A stretch of 34,089 nucleotides of DNA, taken from assembly GCA_964654075.1 (NCBI GenBank), contig CAZZIA010000001.1, positions 1 to 34,089 of the forward strand, written 5' to 3'. Origin of the DNA: an uncultured archaeon (lineage in GTDB: Archaea; Aenigmatarchaeota; Aenigmatarchaeia; Aenigmatarchaeales; Aenigmatarchaeaceae). The notes beneath the pieces were generated by a model that saw only the letters and a program-made list of their open reading frames with translations, did no database searches and was not told where the DNA came from. Positions 7,548 to 16,835 of the stretch are shown piece by piece. Numbering within the stretch: position 1 is the stretch's first letter; every line of letters begins with the position of its first letter. Made by a program: the position numbers and the translations under genes.

Positions 7548-8365
7548 TGAATAGTGCAAAATTTGATTTATCTAAAATTAAATTTAGTTGGACTGATAAA
7601 AGAAAGAAAATAAAATTGCCGGAAATGTTAACAGAAGAATTGGCAGAAGATATTGGAATTCATATTGGAGATGGGAGTATGTATCTAACAGGTCCAAACT
7701 TAAAAAGCTATGAAATGAGATATTCGGGTGATTCCACAGAAGATAAAGAACATTATATTAATCGAATAATACCATTAAAAGAAAGATTATTTAATAAACA
7801 AATAAATGGAAAGATATTAAATTTTAGAGGAAATGAATATGGATTTGTCATTTGCTCAAAAGCAATTTTTTATTTTTATACAAAAATTATACATATCCCT
7901 TCAGGCACCAAAACAAAAATAGCAGAAGTACCTAAAATGATAATGAAATCTAACAAATCTATTCAAGCTGCATTTATAAGAGGATTGTCTGATACAGACT
8001 TTTCATTAACGTTTAAAAGAAAAAGCACTAAACATAATTTAAATTATTATCCTATGATTACAGCAAATTTTGCAAGTAGAAAATTAGTTGATAATCTTCA
8101 AAAAATTTTAAAGGGTTTAAGTTTTAATGTTGTAATTCTAGATGGAATTAATAAGAGGTATAACAAACATTATCCAACTCATATAATTAACATAAATGGA
8201 AAAAGGAACTTAGAACTTTGGATGAAAATTATAGGTTTTAATAATCCAAAACACTTAACAAAATATTTGGTGTGGAAAAAATTTGGTTTTTGCCCACCAA
8301 GATTATCTCTGAAACAAAGAAAACAAATACTAACAGGAAATTTGGATCCATATAATTTTTATTAA
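7547..8365 (+). CDS. free-standing double-motif LAGLIDADG homing endonuclease-like protein (copy 1)
   Basis: 272 aa. Motif 1 is LAEDIGIHIGDGSMY and motif 2 is AFIRGLSDTDFSL, both retaining the acidic residue. It is a paralog of the 24.0-24.8 kb ORF. The stop lies 1 nt from the 3' end of the convergent tRNA-Ile. Confidence 0.8.
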   Translation: MNSAKFDLSKIKFSWTDKRKKIKLPEMLTEELAEDIGIHIGDGSMYLTGPNLKSYEMRYSGDSTEDKEHYINRIIPLKERLFNKQINGKILNFRGNEYGFVICSKAIFYFYTKIIHIPSGTKTKIAEVPKMIMKSNKSIQAAFIRGLSDTDFSLTFKRKSTKHNLNYYPMITANFASRKLVDNLQKILKGLSFNVVILDGINKRYNKHYPTHIININGKRNLELWMKIIGFNNPKHLTKYLVWKKFGFCPPRLSLKQRKQILTGNLDPYNFY

Positions 8366-8366
8366 A

Positions 8367-8516
8367 TGGTGGGCGAGGTGAGATTTGAACTCACGACATC
8401 TGGGAGTTTTAACTCTCACCAGTTTTTACGCCAGGTTGCCTTATAAGACTGGCGCTCCTTCAGGAACGTATTAACCTGGCTGAGCATCGGGAACACAAAC
8501 ATGTGTTTACCCGCCC
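8367..8516 (-). tRNA. tRNA-Ile(UAU), 4 introns (22 nt at 9/10, coordinates 8486-8507; 14 nt in the D-loop, 8459-8472; 17 nt at 38/39, 8424-8440; 19 nt at 45/46, 8398-8416), CCA encoded
   Basis: Exons: GGGCGGGTA | GCTCAGCCAGGTT | GGAGCGCCAGTCTTATAA | ACTGGTG | GTCGTGAGTTCAAATCTCACCTCGCCCACCA. These give a 78-nt class I cloverleaf with loop CTTATAA and variable loop TGGTC. Each intron has a 4-bp central helix flanked by 3-nt bulges: CGGG/CCCG, CAGG/CCTG, TTAT/GTAA and CTGG/CCAG. Confidence 0.75.
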
Positions 8517-8641
8517 ATCTTTATCCTCACCCAATAAGAATTTATTACTATGAATCAATTTAAAAATATGCATAAAGAACGGTTAATAAATTAGTTAGGA
8601 TATTTATACTTATTGAAATAATAAAATAATGAGGTGTTTTG

Positions 8642-9013
8642 ATGAAGCAGTTTGACGTATATGTTACAAAAAAAGTTGGTGCTCTAGCTGATGTTTGCGA
8701 GCTATTGGCAAAGTCTGCTATAAATATTAGAGCTATCTCAACTGACGGAAATACTATAAGACTTGTAACAGAAGATGAAAGAACAACAATGGATGCGCTG
8801 AAAAAAGCTAGACTAAATTTTACTGATTCTGATATTTTATCTGTAAGATTGATTGATAGGCCTGGGGAGCTTGCAAAAGTTGCCAGAGCTCTAGCAAGAG
8901 AAGGAATAGCAATAGAATCTGTGTATATATTAGATAGAGACAAAGAAAGAGGGGAAACAGAAATTGCACTAAAAGTTGACAATTTGGCAAAGGCAAAGAA
9001 AATACTCAAATAG
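8642..9013 (+). CDS. ACT-domain protein (tandem paralog 1)
   Basis: The ORF is about 123 aa from ATG 8642, with a GAGGTG SD upstream (the track starts at TTG 8639). Two ACT-like repeats are present: KKVGALADVCELLAKSAINIRAIS and DRPGELAKVARALAREGIAIESVY. Confidence 0.75.
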   Translation: MKQFDVYVTKKVGALADVCELLAKSAINIRAISTDGNTIRLVTEDERTTMDALKKARLNFTDSDILSVRLIDRPGELAKVARALAREGIAIESVYILDRDKERGETEIALKVDNLAKAKKILK

Positions 9014-9052
9014 ATTTAAATTCCTTTCTAACAAAATAATAATTGTGATTAG

Positions 9053-9445
9053 ATGAGGCAATTTGACATAAATGTGAAAAATAAACCTGGTGCACTGGCA
9101 GCTGTATGCGATGTAATAGCTAAAGGTGGGATTAATATAAAAGCGATATCCAGTGAGATGGGGGATTCTTCTAGTATTATTAAGATTGTAACAGACAATG
9201 AAACAGCTACTAGAAAGGTATTGCAGGATTCCGGAATAAGCTTTAATGAATATGAAATAATTGGAATTGAGTTAATTGACAGGCCAGGGGAGCTTGCAAG
9301 ACTAACAAAAGCTTTAGCTGAATATGGGGTTAATATTGAATCTATTTATTTACTTGACAAAAGAAAGGATATAACCAAGCTAGCTGTTAAAGTAGATCAT
9401 TTGGCTAATGCTATTAAAGCTCTAGAAAAAATGGAAAGAGGATAA
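9053..9445 (+). CDS. ACT-domain protein (tandem paralog 2)
   Basis: 130 aa with the same architecture as the previous gene: NKPGALAAVCDVIAKGGINIKAIS and DRPGELARLTKALAEYGVNIESIY. Confidence 0.75.
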   Translation: MRQFDINVKNKPGALAAVCDVIAKGGINIKAISSEMGDSSSIIKIVTDNETATRKVLQDSGISFNEYEIIGIELIDRPGELARLTKALAEYGVNIESIYLLDKRKDITKLAVKVDHLANAIKALEKMERG

Positions 9446-9513
9446 TTTAATAGAAAAATTTAAATACACTTAAATGTACATAATTCTTACATATTATTCT
9501 AAGAGGTGGTTAA

Positions 9514-11163
9514 ATGAATGGTCAGACAGCACAATTTGGCGGGCAACCTATACTGGTTTTGCCCGAAGGTACTTTAAGGACAATTGGAAAGGATGCGCAA
9601 CATAATAACATAGCTGCAGCAAAGGCTGTAGCTGATGCTGTACGAACAACTCTAGGTCCTAAAGGTATGGATAAAATGCTTGTTGATTCATTAGGTGATA
9701 TTGTAATAACAAATGATGGTGTTACAATTCTAGAGGAAATGCGTATTGAACATCCTGCCGCAAAAATGATAGTTGAAGTAGCAAAAACACAAGATGAAGA
9801 GGTTGGTGATGGCACAACAACTGCAGCAGTCCTTGCAGGCGAGCTTCTGAAAAAAGCTGAAGAGCTTCTTGATCAAAGTATACATCCAACTGTCATAACA
9901 AGAGGATTTAGACTTGCAAGGGAAAGGGCTTTAGAAATTTTAGCTAAAATGGCAAAGGATGTAAAACCTGATGATATAGAAACACTAAGAAAAATTGCAA
10001 TAACGGCAATGACAGGTAAATCTGCTGAAAGAGCATCTGAACATCTTTCTAATTTGACAGTAGACGCTGTAAAGCTTGTAACTGAAAAAGTAAATGGAAA
10101 GCTGGAAATTAATACTGATAACATAAAGCTTGAGAAAAAGCCGGGCGCTTCCTCAGAAGATACTGAGCTGATAAAGGGAATAATAATTGACAAAGAAGTT
10201 GTTCATCCAGCAATGCCTAAGCATGTAAAAAATGCAAAAGTTGCTATTCTTGACTGTGCACTTGAAATAGAAAAACCTGAAACTGATGCACAAATTAGGA
10301 TTACAAATCCTGAACAGCTACAATTGTTCTTAGATCAGGAGGATAAAATACTTAAACAAATGGCTGAGAAGGTTGCTAATTCTGGTTGCAATGTGCTATT
10401 TTGTCAAAAAGGAATAGATGATATAGCACAACATCATTTGGCAAAAAGGGGAATTTTAGCTGCAAGGAGAGTTAAAAAATCTGACGTTGAAAAGCTTGCA
10501 AGAGCAACTGGAGCAAAAATAATAACAAGCTTAGAAGATCTAACAAAGCAGGATCTTGGATTTGCAGGACTTGTTGAAGAAAAGAAAATTGCCGGAGAGC
10601 AAATGACATTTGTAAGGGAGTGCAAAGATCCAAAGGCGGTTTCAATCCTAATTAGGGGTGGTACAGAGCACGTTGTTGAAGAGGTTGAGCGGGCAATGGA
10701 AGATGCTATAGGTGGTGTTGCATCCGCAATAGAGATTGGCAAGGTTGTAGCTGGTGGAGGTGCACCTGAAGCCAAAGTTGCAAAGGGTCTTAGAGAATTT
10801 GCCCAATCTTTTTCTGGAAGAGAACAGCTAGCAATACTTGCATTTGCAGAAGCGATGGAAGTAATTCCAAGAACACTTGCTGAAAATGCTGGGCTTGACC
10901 CAATAGATATACTTGTTGAGCTAAGAGCAGCTCAAGATGAAGGAAAAGTAAACTCTGGTGTGGAAGTTTTTAAAGGCAAAATTTCCGATATGTGGGAAGT
11001 TGGTGTAATTGAGCCATTGAAAATCAAAACACAGGCCATAAAATCAGCTGCAGAGGCAGCAGAGCTGATATTAAGAATAGATGATATAATATCTGCTGGA
11101 AGACTTGAAAAGGGTCCACAAATGCCGCCTGGCGGGATGCCTGGAGCAGAGGGAGAGTATTAA
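9514..11163 (+). CDS. ths: thermosome subunit (group II chaperonin)
   Basis: 549 aa. Motifs [45 protein letters not shown] and a C-terminal GGMPG tail. Confidence 0.95.
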   Translation: MNGQTAQFGGQPILVLPEGTLRTIGKDAQHNNIAAAKAVADAVRTTLGPKGMDKMLVDSLGDIVITNDGVTILEEMRIEHPAAKMIVEVAKTQDEEVGDGTTTAAVLAGELLKKAEELLDQSIHPTVITRGFRLARERALEILAKMAKDVKPDDIETLRKIAITAMTGKSAERASEHLSNLTVDAVKLVTEKVNGKLEINTDNIKLEKKPGASSEDTELIKGIIIDKEVVHPAMPKHVKNAKVAILDCALEIEKPETDAQIRITNPEQLQLFLDQEDKILKQMAEKVANSGCNVLFCQKGIDDIAQHHLAKRGILAARRVKKSDVEKLARATGAKIITSLEDLTKQDLGFAGLVEEKKIAGEQMTFVRECKDPKAVSILIRGGTEHVVEEVERAMEDAIGGVASAIEIGKVVAGGGAPEAKVAKGLREFAQSFSGREQLAILAFAEAMEVIPRTLAENAGLDPIDILVELRAAQDEGKVNSGVEVFKGKISDMWEVGVIEPLKIKTQAIKSAAEAAELILRIDDIISAGRLEKGPQMPPGGMPGAEGEY

Positions 11164-11208
11164 GTTTTTTAGCAATATTTATATATTAGCTTTGCTTAAA
11201 ATTTAGAT

Positions 11209-11715
11209 ATGCCAGAAGAGGAAGTTGAAATTTCTGAAGGGAAAGGAGATTATGAGGTTTTGCCAGTAACTCCTATTCATAAACTTGAAAAAAGAATTAA
11301 ATATCTAGAACAAGCAGGCACAGTTCCACAGCTCCAAAGCCTAATTGGCCAAATTATTGAGCTTGTAAGAGGTAATCAACAGCTTGTTGATCAGGTTGTA
11401 AGAGCGGATGCTGAGCTAAGAAATGAACTTTCTAGGCTGCCTGGAAAGCTTGATGAACTTATAACAACAATAAAAAGCTTTCTTAATTTAGTAAAAATTG
11501 CAGGCGAAGAAGAGGTTAGAGGAGTTTCGCCTGAAAGCTTAAAACCTCTAACAGACCAGTTTCAAAAAATGCTTGAGCAAAATCAAAAGTTAATAGAAGG
11601 AAATCAAGCTATTCTCGAATCTATGGAATCTCTTGGTAAAAAAATAAAAATGGGTACTCCTGTATCTAAACTTTTATCTACTTATCCTGGACTAAAATTA
11701 AGAAAGGAGGAATAA
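11209..11715 (+). CDS. coiled-coil hypothetical protein at the head of the pilus locus
   Basis: 168-aa ORF rich in heptad-like Q/E/L segments. It lies 1 nt from the next gene, and no family was recognised. Confidence 0.55.
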   Translation: MPEEEVEISEGKGDYEVLPVTPIHKLEKRIKYLEQAGTVPQLQSLIGQIIELVRGNQQLVDQVVRADAELRNELSRLPGKLDELITTIKSFLNLVKIAGEEEVRGVSPESLKPLTDQFQKMLEQNQKLIEGNQAILESMESLGKKIKMGTPVSKLLSTYPGLKLRKEE

Positions 11716-11716
11716 A

Positions 11717-11926
11717 ATGAAACAAAAATTAGTTGTAAAGATTGGAACAGTCCTAACAACGGTCTTAATAGCGATTGTAGCACTAATGACATTTAGCATT
11801 TTTGCATTATGGCCAATAGCGCAAAATTTCACAAACGCTTTGCTAACAGTTATGATAGCAGCGCAGTTATGCACAGTTGTAATATTAATATATATTTATG
11901 AAAAACTGGAGGGGAAGAAAAAATGA
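11717..11926 (+). CDS. small two-TM membrane protein
   Basis: 69 aa with two hydrophobic spans. It overlaps the next gene by 4 nt (ATGA). Confidence 0.5.
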   Translation: MKQKLVVKIGTVLTTVLIAIVALMTFSIFALWPIAQNFTNALLTVMIAAQLCTVVILIYIYEKLEGKKK

Positions 11927-12339
11927 AAGGAATCTCAGCGGTAATTGCAGTTGTATTGATATTGATGATTACAGTTGCCCTAGCATCAATGGCATATGTC
12001 TGGTTCACAACAGTTTTCAGAACAATAACAACAGGAACAGAGGAAGCTGCAATTGGCGGAATAGCGGCCATGGCCACTAAGTTTACCATAGAAAGCGCAC
12101 ATAATGATACATTAACTAATATTGCAGTTTCTATCAGAAATACTGGAACTACGGATATTAATATGGGCACTATAGCAGCGTATGTAAATGGTGTTTCAAA
12201 AGTAGATGATGCAACAGGCACGCTTACATCTGGAAATGTTGGGAGTTTTGGTGTAACTGTAACAACGGTTCCATGTGATGGTATCTTAAAAGTAACAGAA
12301 GCAACTGGCTATGAAGCTTACGCAACAATTAAATGCTAG
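11923..12339 (+). CDS. archaeal type IV pilin-like protein (class III signal peptide, DUF361-type N-terminus)
   Basis: MKG|ISAVIAVVLILMITVALASMAYVWF is the typical prepilin-peptidase site plus hydrophobic helix. Size is 138 aa. Confidence 0.75.
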   Translation: MKGISAVIAVVLILMITVALASMAYVWFTTVFRTITTGTEEAAIGGIAAMATKFTIESAHNDTLTNIAVSIRNTGTTDINMGTIAAYVNGVSKVDDATGTLTSGNVGSFGVTVTTVPCDGILKVTEATGYEAYATIKC

Positions 12340-12357
12340 AAATCGCAATACAATTTT

Positions 12358-12843
12358 ATGAAAGGGCAGACAGAGATAGTTAGCTTTATATTGCTTTTTT
12401 TAATCAGCTCTATTTTGGTTTTTTCAGCTGCTGTATGGGCTAATAATATATTCCAAAGCAATGTTGATGCTAATAAAATATCTGCAGCTGAAAGCTTTAT
12501 CAATGCGTTAGACTCTAGGATACAAAGTGTCGCAAGATTTGGTGGTTCTAATTCTTTAGATTTTAGCATAGCTGGAACTTTAAAACTAGAAGAGGGCATA
12601 ATAGAATTTAGCAGCCCCAGTAGCATAGAGCTACCAGCAGAATGGATTTATCTAAACAAAAGCGCATTTAGCACTATTCGTGAAAAGCGAGAGGGCCGTA
12701 ATTTTAGGTTGCAGCTCTTTTATAATCCAGAAGAAATTGACCTATTTACAGAAGGTACTAGGATAGTATCGGTAGGGACTGTAACTATTGAGAAAAATGA
12801 AACAATTAATGGTATAGTAAGAATCGAACTAAAATTTGAATAA
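12358..12843 (+). CDS. prepilin-like protein (KGQ class III signal)
   Basis: MKG|QTEIVSFILLFLISSILVFSAAVWA. A Gln at +1, as in EppA-type substrates. Size is 161 aa. Confidence 0.65.
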   Translation: MKGQTEIVSFILLFLISSILVFSAAVWANNIFQSNVDANKISAAESFINALDSRIQSVARFGGSNSLDFSIAGTLKLEEGIIEFSSPSSIELPAEWIYLNKSAFSTIREKREGRNFRLQLFYNPEEIDLFTEGTRIVSVGTVTIEKNETINGIVRIELKFE

Positions 12844-12872
12844 TTAAATACAATTTAATCGATATTAATTAT

Positions 12873-13289
12873 ATGCAAGGGCAGTATCTTACTGTTGAAC
12901 ATGTTTTCTTTTTTGCAATTGGCATTGCTATTGTTATTGCTGTTTTTATGACATTTTCTGCTATTAGCGAAAATATCAAAAGAAATGCTATGGAAGGTCA
13001 GCTAGAAAGTGTTGGTGAACTTATCAGAAGTTCTATTGTAAATGTTTTTGAGACAGGCAATAGCACGAACAGCTTGATAAAGCTTGATTTAGAAATTCCA
13101 GCACAGCTGTCTGGCAATAGCTATCAGCTCACAACAAATGGAGGGTTAAACTTGAATTATACTGATATTAAAATTGGTAAAGTTCTAAATTTATATGGAA
13201 TAAACACATCAATTAAAAATATGATTATCTATAGTACGCAAGGTAAAATTAAGATAAGCTGCGATGGCAAGGAAGTGGTACTAGAATGA
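12873..13289 (+). CDS. prepilin-like protein (QGQ class III signal)
   Basis: MQG|QYLTVEHVFFFAIGIAIVIAVFM. Size is 138 aa. The stop overlaps the ATPase start (ATGA). Confidence 0.6.
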   Translation: MQGQYLTVEHVFFFAIGIAIVIAVFMTFSAISENIKRNAMEGQLESVGELIRSSIVNVFETGNSTNSLIKLDLEIPAQLSGNSYQLTTNGGLNLNYTDIKIGKVLNLYGINTSIKNMIIYSTQGKIKISCDGKEVVLE

Positions 13290-15019
13290 TTAAATTTGTG
13301 CTAAAAAGGCCTAAAAAAGATAAAATTAAGCTAAGTGGTATTTTCAAAAGGGGTGTTAGAGCTTATAAAATGCTAAAAGAAAGGGAAGAAATAATTCCGG
13401 TTAAACTAGAGGCACCTCCTTTTATGGTAGCTGCACCACCAGTAGTAGAAGTGCCTAAAGGCATCCCAATCGGTCTTCCAGCACCTCCTCTAGCAAAAAT
13501 TAGAAAAGAGGAAGCTGAAGATCTAACAAAAATTAATATAATTTATCCTTTAATTTCTGATCCGGAAACAAAAAAGCCGCTTGCGCTTACTAATATTAAA
13601 TGGTCAAAGGCTGAATCAGCGCTAGTTTACTATGTTATTGAACCCGAGCTAACTGCGCCTGAACAAGCTTTACTTAATGAAATAAAGTCTACTTTAATTG
13701 AAAAGCTTGATGTTGATTTCACAAGGCTAAGAAAAGGCGAAGCAAAAAAATATCTAAAGGGAAAGTTTGAAGAAACTGTTGCGCTGATAGCACATGCGCT
13801 ACCAAAAGAAAAGCAAACCCAAATACTTTATTACATAGAACGAGATTTTATTGGTCTTGGCAAAATAGAGCCTTTTATGATGGATCCTAATATTGAAGAT
13901 ATCTCATGCGATGGAATTGGCATACCAATTTTCATATATCATAGAAACTCTCTGATCGGTTCTGTGCGAACTAATATAATGTATGAATCTGCAGATGAGC
14001 TCGATACATTTGTTAACAAACTTTCACAAAGGTGTGGCAAATCCATATCTATTGCACAACCTATAGTTGGCGCTTCCTTGCCTGATGGATCTAGACTTCA
14101 AGCAACACTTGGAACAGATATTGCAAGACGAGGTTCAAATTTTACAATCAGGAAGTTTACTGTAGAACCTCTTACTCCAATGCATCTAATGAAATTTAAC
14201 ACATTTGATGCGCCTATTGTTGCATATCTTTGGCTAGCAACAGAATATAACAAATCCAGCCTAATAGCAGGTGGTGTTGCTTCGGGAAAAACATCCATGT
14301 TGAATGCTTTATCTCTGTTCATTAAACCGGAGCTAAAAGTAATTTCTATAGAAGATACAGCAGAACTTCGTCTACCCCATCCGCATTGGGTACCGGCTGT
14401 TGCCAGACAGCCAATAGCAGAGCTAGAAGGCAGAAAAATAGGAGAGGTAGATATGTTTGACCTTTTAAGAGAAACTTTAAGACAAAGACCAGATTTTATA
14501 ATAGTTGGTGAAGTAAGAGGAAGGGAAGCCTATGTTCTATTTCAGCAAATTGCTACTGGGCATCCGGGAATATCAACTATACATGCTGATACAATGGAAA
14601 GACTTGTTGATAGACTAACAACGCCACCAATAAGCTTACCAGCAAGCCTGATTGAAAATCTAGATATCGTAATATTTCTGGTTAGGATAAAATATGGAGC
14701 TAAGTATGTAAGAAGAGTTAGCAATATTTTTGAAATAACTGGATTTGATAGAGAAAAAAACATACCAATTATAAATGAGGTTTTTAGGTGGAATCCTGTA
14801 AACGATACTTTTTCTACCATAAACCCTTCCATTGTCCTTAAAAAAATTACAGAGCAATATGGAGTGAGCGAGGAGACTCTACAAAAAGAAATTAGACAAA
14901 GAATTAAAATACTAAAATGGATGCTTGAAAAAAATATAAGCGGCTATAAGGATTTTGCACAAGTTATGAAACTGTATTATGCAAAACCAGAATATCTGTT
15001 TGAACTTATAGGGCGATAA
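13286..15019 (+). CDS. FlaI/PilB-type (GspE family) type IV pilus assembly ATPase
   Basis: 577 aa. Walker A is GGVASGKTS, Walker B/Asp box is DFIIVGEVRGREA, and the His box is GHPGISTIHA. The N-terminus is proline-rich. Confidence 0.9.
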   Translation: MIKFVLKRPKKDKIKLSGIFKRGVRAYKMLKEREEIIPVKLEAPPFMVAAPPVVEVPKGIPIGLPAPPLAKIRKEEAEDLTKINIIYPLISDPETKKPLALTNIKWSKAESALVYYVIEPELTAPEQALLNEIKSTLIEKLDVDFTRLRKGEAKKYLKGKFEETVALIAHALPKEKQTQILYYIERDFIGLGKIEPFMMDPNIEDISCDGIGIPIFIYHRNSLIGSVRTNIMYESADELDTFVNKLSQRCGKSISIAQPIVGASLPDGSRLQATLGTDIARRGSNFTIRKFTVEPLTPMHLMKFNTFDAPIVAYLWLATEYNKSSLIAGGVASGKTSMLNALSLFIKPELKVISIEDTAELRLPHPHWVPAVARQPIAELEGRKIGEVDMFDLLRETLRQRPDFIIVGEVRGREAYVLFQQIATGHPGISTIHADTMERLVDRLTTPPISLPASLIENLDIVIFLVRIKYGAKYVRRVSNIFEITGFDREKNIPIINEVFRWNPVNDTFSTINPSIVLKKITEQYGVSEETLQKEIRQRIKILKWMLEKNISGYKDFAQVMKLYYAKPEYLFELIGR

Positions 15020-15021
15020 GG

Positions 15022-15897
15022 TTGTGGGAGCCATTTAAAAAAATTTCATTTAAGTTCTTTGGTAGATGGCTTGAGCCTTATGTATCTTATTTTGATAACT
15101 TAAAGCCGGATCTACAAAGAGCAAATATCCCTCTAAGTCTTATGGAATATGTTTATATCATGACATTTGTCACGCTGCTTGTTTTTGTAATTGAATTTCC
15201 TACTCTTTCAATAATAACTGCTCTGATTTTTAAATCAGCACTTATTGCATTTCTTCTTGCATTCACAACATCAGCTTTTATGACAATCTGTGTTTTTTTC
15301 ATGTTTTATACCTATCCGGCCATGGAGGCTGGTAAAAGAAAGAAAGATATAGACTCTTCGCTACCATTTGCAACTACATATATGGCCACTGTCGCTGCCT
15401 CTGGTGCGCCACCCATAACTATGTTTAGAGTTCTGTCGACATTTGATGAGTATGGTGAAGCTTCGAGAGAGGCAAAAAAAATTTATCGTGATGTTGAAGT
15501 ATTTGGGATGGACCTTGTTGGAGCTATGCATAAGACAGCAAATAGGACGCCGTCTGCTGAACTAAAGGAACTGCTGTGGGGGCTAGAAACTGTTATATTG
15601 ACCGGATCTAACATAAGTAATTACCTGCATGAGAAGTCTGCTGCATTTATGCAAGAGTATAGAAGAAAACTAAAGGAATTTTCACAGACACTATCGCTAA
15701 TCATAGAAATATACCTAACGGTTATTTTAGTTGGTTCTATATTTTTTATTATTATGTCTGCGCTAATGTCTATGTTTGGAGGCGTAGAAATGTCTTTAAT
15801 GTTATCTTTCATACAGTTCTTAATAATTTTTATAGTGCTGCCAGCAGTTTCAATAGGCTTTATTATTTTACTAAAAACACTATCTCCTTCAATGTGA
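15022..15897 (+). CDS. FlaJ/TadC-like platform membrane protein, N-terminal half equivalent
   Basis: 291 aa with a TTG start. It has one T2SS-F-type cytoplasmic domain (LPFATTYMATVAASGAPPITMFRVL...) flanked by TM segments. Confidence 0.75.
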   Translation: MWEPFKKISFKFFGRWLEPYVSYFDNLKPDLQRANIPLSLMEYVYIMTFVTLLVFVIEFPTLSIITALIFKSALIAFLLAFTTSAFMTICVFFMFYTYPAMEAGKRKKDIDSSLPFATTYMATVAASGAPPITMFRVLSTFDEYGEASREAKKIYRDVEVFGMDLVGAMHKTANRTPSAELKELLWGLETVILTGSNISNYLHEKSAAFMQEYRRKLKEFSQTLSLIIEIYLTVILVGSIFFIIMSALMSMFGGVEMSLMLSFIQFLIIFIVLPAVSIGFIILLKTLSPSM

Positions 15898-15901
15898 TAA
15901 A

Positions 15902-16831
15902 ATGGAGATAAAAAAAATCCCAATAGCTATTGCAGTTGTATTATTTGTTATAGGCATTATACTATTTGTTTTTCAAAAAGATGTTGGCCTTCTTGGAAAT
16001 TTTGTCTTGATGGCCTTAGTAATAGGCATTATACCATATATTATGCTTTCTTATTTTGAATATCAAAGAATAAAATCAATCGAAGATCAGTTGCCAGTTT
16101 TTCTTTTAGATCTGGCAGAAACACAAAAAGGTGGCATGTCTATACCAGATGCTTTAAAACTTCTAGCAAAAACTGATTATGGAAAGTTAAGCAGTGAAAT
16201 TAAAAAAATTGCAGATCAGCTTTCATGGGGAATTCCTTTACAGGAAGCTATGAATAGATTTTCATTCAGAATGAAAGGATCTGATACAATCAGAAGGGCA
16301 ATTAGAATAATTAATGAAGCGTACTCCTCAGGTGGCGACGTAGCTAGGACAGTAGAAACAACAGCAGGAGACATAACAGCCATAAAAGAATCTGAAAAAG
16401 AACGAAAGAGCATGATGTTTCAGCACACAGCTGTGATGTATGCAATTTATTTTATTTTTATTGGTGTAATAATTGGTATATCAAAAACTTTAGTGCCTAT
16501 GCTACAAATGGGTGCTGGCACAGCTGGCGCAATGGGAGGTATGTTTGCATTTCAAGATCCATGCAAAGCTTGTGTAGGAAATCCAAATATATATTGTATA
16601 TCATGCTCTATATTTTATGTAATTTGTGAAATGTTTGCACTTGGCACCTGGGCATCTTGCTATTACAGGGCATTATTTATTTCATTAGCAATTGTCCAAG
16701 GGATATTTTCTGGTCTCGTGATTGGACAAATTGGTGAAAATTCTGTTATAGCTGGCATAAAACATAGCCTTATTCTAACTGGCTCGGGCTTTGTAATAAT
16801 TATGTTACTTTTATATCTAAATATTATGTGA
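15902..16831 (+). CDS. FlaJ/TadC-like platform membrane protein, C-terminal half equivalent
   Basis: 309 aa with a second T2SS-F-type domain (LPVFLLDLAETQKGGMSIPDALKLLA..., IRIINEAYSSGGDVARTVE) plus TM segments. Confidence 0.75.
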   Translation: MEIKKIPIAIAVVLFVIGIILFVFQKDVGLLGNFVLMALVIGIIPYIMLSYFEYQRIKSIEDQLPVFLLDLAETQKGGMSIPDALKLLAKTDYGKLSSEIKKIADQLSWGIPLQEAMNRFSFRMKGSDTIRRAIRIINEAYSSGGDVARTVETTAGDITAIKESEKERKSMMFQHTAVMYAIYFIFIGVIIGISKTLVPMLQMGAGTAGAMGGMFAFQDPCKACVGNPNIYCISCSIFYVICEMFALGTWASCYYRALFISLAIVQGIFSGLVIGQIGENSVIAGIKHSLILTGSGFVIIMLLLYLNIM

Positions 16832-16835
16832 TCAA

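Noticed and set aside
8367-8516. Reading this 150-nt locus as a class II tRNA-Leu(UAA) with a long variable arm.
   Set aside because: The supposed variable arm is itself a perfect BHB (CTGG/CCAG, TG|A and AT|G bulges). Its removal leaves a standard 5-nt TGGTC variable loop. The body resembles tRNA-Ile, and the 38/39 BHB (TTAT/GTAA) gives the loop CUUAUAA.
8560-9009. A 149-aa minus-strand ORF.
   Set aside because: It is antisense to the first ACT-domain gene, which has an SD and a paralog supporting it.
9522-10775. Three minus-strand ORFs (9522..9815, 9873..10193, 10434..10775).
   Set aside because: They are antisense to the unmistakable thermosome gene, with Ser/Ala/Pro-rich shadow translations.
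11850-12626. ORFs 11850..12221(-), 11898..12080(+) and 12336..12626(-) within the pilin genes.
   Set aside because: They overlap prepilin genes that have clear class III signal peptides and operon spacing, and they have no motifs of their own.
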